From positions 17,856,001 through 17,920,000 of the forward strand of contig JBHGNT010000004.1 in NCBI GenBank assembly GCA_043228905.1: DNA of 64,000 bases, given 5' to 3'. The notes below the pieces were generated by a model. The model had not been told where the DNA came from. It saw only the letters and a list, made by a program, of their open reading frames with translations, and searched no databases. The DNA comes from Azolla caroliniana (lineage: Eukaryota > Plantae > Polypodiophyta). The stretch's first letter is position 1. Each line of letters opens with the position of its first letter. A program made the translations under genes and the position numbers. This document shows, piece after piece, positions 60,760-64,000 of this stretch.

Positions 60760-63674
60760 ATTCTCCACCATTATCCGATCTTAAGCATTTTCGATTTCGG
60801 CTTTGTTGGTTTTCAACCATTGGAAGCCACTCTTGAAAGATCATGAACACTGAATCTTTGGTTCTGATCGGATACGCCCACACTTTTCTTGTCAAGTCGT
60901 CAATGAACGTGACAAAGTAGGGGGAGGTGTCGAGAGACTAATGTGACATTGGGCCACAGAAGTCCGAGTGGATTAAGTAGAGGGAACTTGACTCTCTCGG
61001 CTCTCTAGTCGGGTGTGAAGCAGGGCTATTTGCCGCATTGCCAGTGCTCATAGAACTAGTGGTGAGAGAACGAGAACTTGGGGATGTATCCGACTCTGGA
61101 TAAATGCGTGATGCCAGCTTTATTGAGCCATCTGAGTCGTTCGTGCCATAAGGATGACACGGGAATATCAACCAGGAACAAGTCACCCTCTTTGAGTGTG
61201 ACATATAGTGGGTACAAGGACTGTACTTTCAGACCTCAAGCAAGTAGGAGGTTCCCCCTGTGTAGTGTCCACCCTCTTGAGGAGAAACTAGCATGTATGT
61301 TGTCTTCATCTAGCTACCCAACTGAGATCAATGGTCATGAGAGTTCAGGTACATGTCAGACATCGTGTAGTACAAGTGTGGAGCCACCTAGGAGGTTGAG
61401 TTCTACAATACCAATTCCAATTATAGCACAGTGTTGCGAGTTTCCGACTCGAACAGAGTCGGAATGTTGGGCCAAATATTGTCAAAATTGGGATCTATGA
61501 GGGGTCACATGGTAGGATGCACCCAAATCCAAGAGCCATGTGCTCGATTCTTCAATCGTGAATAGAACTTTTTACTCAACTGAATTTTCAATGGATCGTA
61601 TATTGGGGTCATTCGTCAATACTTCGGTTGATGAGCCGAAGTAATTGACCTCCTCCTATCGGCCACCCTTGTGATCAACAGGATGAGCTTTATCATTCTT
61701 AGCTTTGAGGGCGTAGAAATCAGCCTTGATGTGTTCGGGTTTCTTGCAATAATTGCAAGTTCAATTATCCAAGGAATTGCTCTAACTTCACTAATTGTTC
61801 GGCGATCAGGAAAAACTTCTTCCTCAACTGTTCTATCAATCGATCGAACCTTGCACTATGTAGGTGTCACTGGATGAATGGTTTGCAAACGATTTCCTTT
61901 GAGCTGCTTCTATCAGGATTGAGCTAGTGACTTCGGCGTATTTCACTGCGACAGTCGACACATTGTACATTGTTGTAACGGAAGTTTCCCATGAAGGGGG
62001 GAGACTGCTCATGAGCCACATTTCTCTCAATTCATCTTTGATTGTCTTTCCCTGGGCCGAAATATAGGAGCTTAGACTTTCATGCTCGTTCAAGTGTGCC
62101 TTGACCAAGTCAGAATCTTTCATCCGAAGGTTGTAGAGACGTCGGATCAGATATATCTTTGTGGTGGCGACCTTACCTTCATAAGTGTTTGAGAGCATCT
62201 TCCATAGTTGGAAGGCAGTCGAACAGGATTGCACTGTGAAGTACAATGACTCCGATAGGTGCATCCGAATGGTGGCTCACACAATTCTATCAGGTTTCAT
62301 CCACTCATTCAACTTGATTCCTTCTAGAGGGTTTTCGTTCTCGATTGGATATCTTTGACCCTTGACTATTAGATAGTCTGGCATCTGCTCCTTCCAAAAG
62401 TTCAAGTTCAATCCGTCGAACTTCCTTAGACTCATCTCTGATGAGCTGGATGTTGATGCCATCTATGTCGGCTTGTTAGACTATGTTCGGAGTTGACTAC
62501 AAACAGTGGAAGGGTGTAGTCAATTGGCTCACCCAAATTCGTTCTAGTCGGATTTGGGCACGAGCTCGCCGATTGGATTTCGAATGACTATTGGATGCTA
62601 AGTTTTCCCAAAATGGCTACAGTGAGTGGAGGGACAAACCCGATTGGTCCTCCCGAATATCTTTTAGTCAAGTTGAGCACAACTATATGTCAAATAGGTT
62701 CTAAATACCACTTTTAGAGGTTGATCACAAATTGTGTGTCATTTTTCTAGGCCAATCTTGCTTCGGATGACTACAACAACAAGAGGGACAGACCTTACTA
62801 ATCTTCCCGAGTGTCGTCTAGTCGAATGAGGCAAGGATGGGGTTGTTCTTGAGACCAATTCTACTTCAAGTAGTTACAATAAGGAGATGGACAACGCCAG
62901 ATGGCCTGAGCACGATTTATAGTTGGATGGATGGAGAGAACTCACTTCGAGTGGTTACAATGACGAGGGCGAAGTACAACCAACTAGCCTACTTCAGGAG
63001 TGATTTTACTCAGTGAAGTGCAGATGTGCAAGTGTCTTTCTCTTCTCAAGATGAGATCGTGAACTCAAGCTCTTCAAGAAAACAGCGGTAAGAATGTTGT
63101 TCAAGACAGATGACAACCGGCAGCAACAAGCTGAATACCCTCAACTCTGATACTAAATGTTGGAGTCTAAGACCGTCATTGCGAAAACAAGAACAACATT
63201 TATTCTTAGAAGATCACCAAGTTAGCATGGTAGAGTAAGATCAAGAAGATAGAGTGAGAGAGAGAGACAAAGACAGACATACAGACAGACAGACAAAGAC
63301 ATGACAATAGCACACAATATATAACTGTATTATTTGAACTCAAAGTTACAATAGAATGGAGACAACAACCTTTCAAGCTAGGTTACAAAGCTCGTTTTAT
63401 ATTAACTAGGCTAGGGCAACTGCCCTTTGACATATTTACAGAATTGTCCTAAACCTAGTCTCTCCAAGGGACAGTGTGAATACGGCCATTAGACACCCGT
63501 ATTCAACAACGGGCGGAGTAGCCGGTGGAGAAAGAGCCACTACAACAAAGGACCGAAGGGGAGGAACCACCACGAATAGTAGAGGACGAATAACAATAGG
63601 CGGAAACTCAGCAAGACAGGACGAAGGACAGACAACCACATATTCTAGGGTTATTGGAGGAAAGCTAAGGGCAT

Positions 63675-63714
63675 GTGGGTTTGATGTGCAAGGCACGTTC
63701 CCACGGGTGTGCCA
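63675..63714 (+). promoter_or_regulatory. tRNA-3'-end-like hairpin motif at the PPT position of CC-1
   Basis: GTGGGTTTGATGTGCAAGGCACGTTCCCACGGGTGTGCCA-AG-TGTTGCCC (LTR start at 63717). Confidence 0.7.
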
Positions 63715-63716
63715 AG

Positions 63717-64000
63717 TGTTGCCCAGTTTAGGTGGAATCGGGGTAGAGCCAAGAAGAGGAAGTTGGAAGGATAAAATAGAACCTGAATACAGAAGCAGTG
63801 TAAATTGGATACAATATGAACCGGACGCGGGACAAATATTAGAGGATATGTAGTAATTAGAAATATTAGTAGAAGCGACACATTGTAACATAAATAGATT
63901 AGAAGAGTGATTATGTTAAGGGGTGACAGATCTGGAAAGATGCATCGATCTAGATGAACATTGTTTTTGTATCAAAACCGACGACCTATATAAGGAGTCT
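63717..64000 (+). repeat. Start of the 3' LTR of CC-1 (runs off the window)
   Basis: TGTT start 2 nt after the conserved motif; TATA context GACCTATATAAGG as in K. Confidence 0.6.

Larger units (their letters stand above)
31212..63508 (-). mobile_element. Ty1/copia element E, old, expanded to 32 kb by nested insertions
   Basis: LTRs 31212-31536 and 63158-63508; TSD ACAGG/ACGGG; degenerate Met-i PBS TAGTATCAGAG near 63144-63155. Coding pieces: 31790-32447 (RH/RT), 44133-45490 (RT/IN), 60016-60211 and 60760-62462 (IN/PR/gag). Confidence 0.9.
2354..64000 (+). mobile_element. Outermost host element CC-1 (3' part of a gypsy-family element with a coiled-coil extra ORF), split into 2354-2411, 30447-31211 and 63509-64000
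   Basis: Removing copia B re-joins ...ERKATDFEK*YRDHEELEKEF... across the TSD. Removing copia E re-joins 31211 to 63509. The 3' LTR starts at 63717 (TGTTGCCC) with TATA GACCTATATAAGG near 63985, as in the K LTR. Confidence 0.75.

Overview
This window is repeat-saturated nuclear DNA from a land plant, probably a non-seed plant whose plastome is RNA-editing-rich (inferred from a plastid insert). I found no host gene. Almost every base belongs to nested LTR retrotransposons that can be resolved by eye from LTR pairs, TSDs, PBS/PPT sites and re-joined reading frames. The outermost host is a gypsy-type element (CC-1; pieces at 2354-2411, 30447-31211, 63509-64000). It is interrupted by gypsy A (to 2353), copia B (2412-30446, TSD ATATC) and copia E (31212-63508, TSD ACAGG/ACGGG). 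Copia B contains gypsy C > element M > gypsy B2, an H-family remnant, a very young gag-protease element D and a 412-bp foreign insert. Copia E contains copia G > gypsy H > a mosaic plastid insert (atpF, trnY, rpl32), copia I (40-bp VNTR in its LTRs) > copia J and mini-element K, and a solo LTR. The most unusual signal is in three diverged members of one Athila/Tat-like family (C, K, CC-1). They lack a polypurine tract. Exactly 2 nt before the 3' LTR they instead carry a conserved hairpin ending in a sense-strand tRNA-Arg-like 3' end with CCA, which suggests tRNA-primed plus-strand synthesis. The same three elements share an uncharacterised coiled-coil extra ORF. All coordinates were read manually and tRNA assignments are from memory, so both need computational confirmation.
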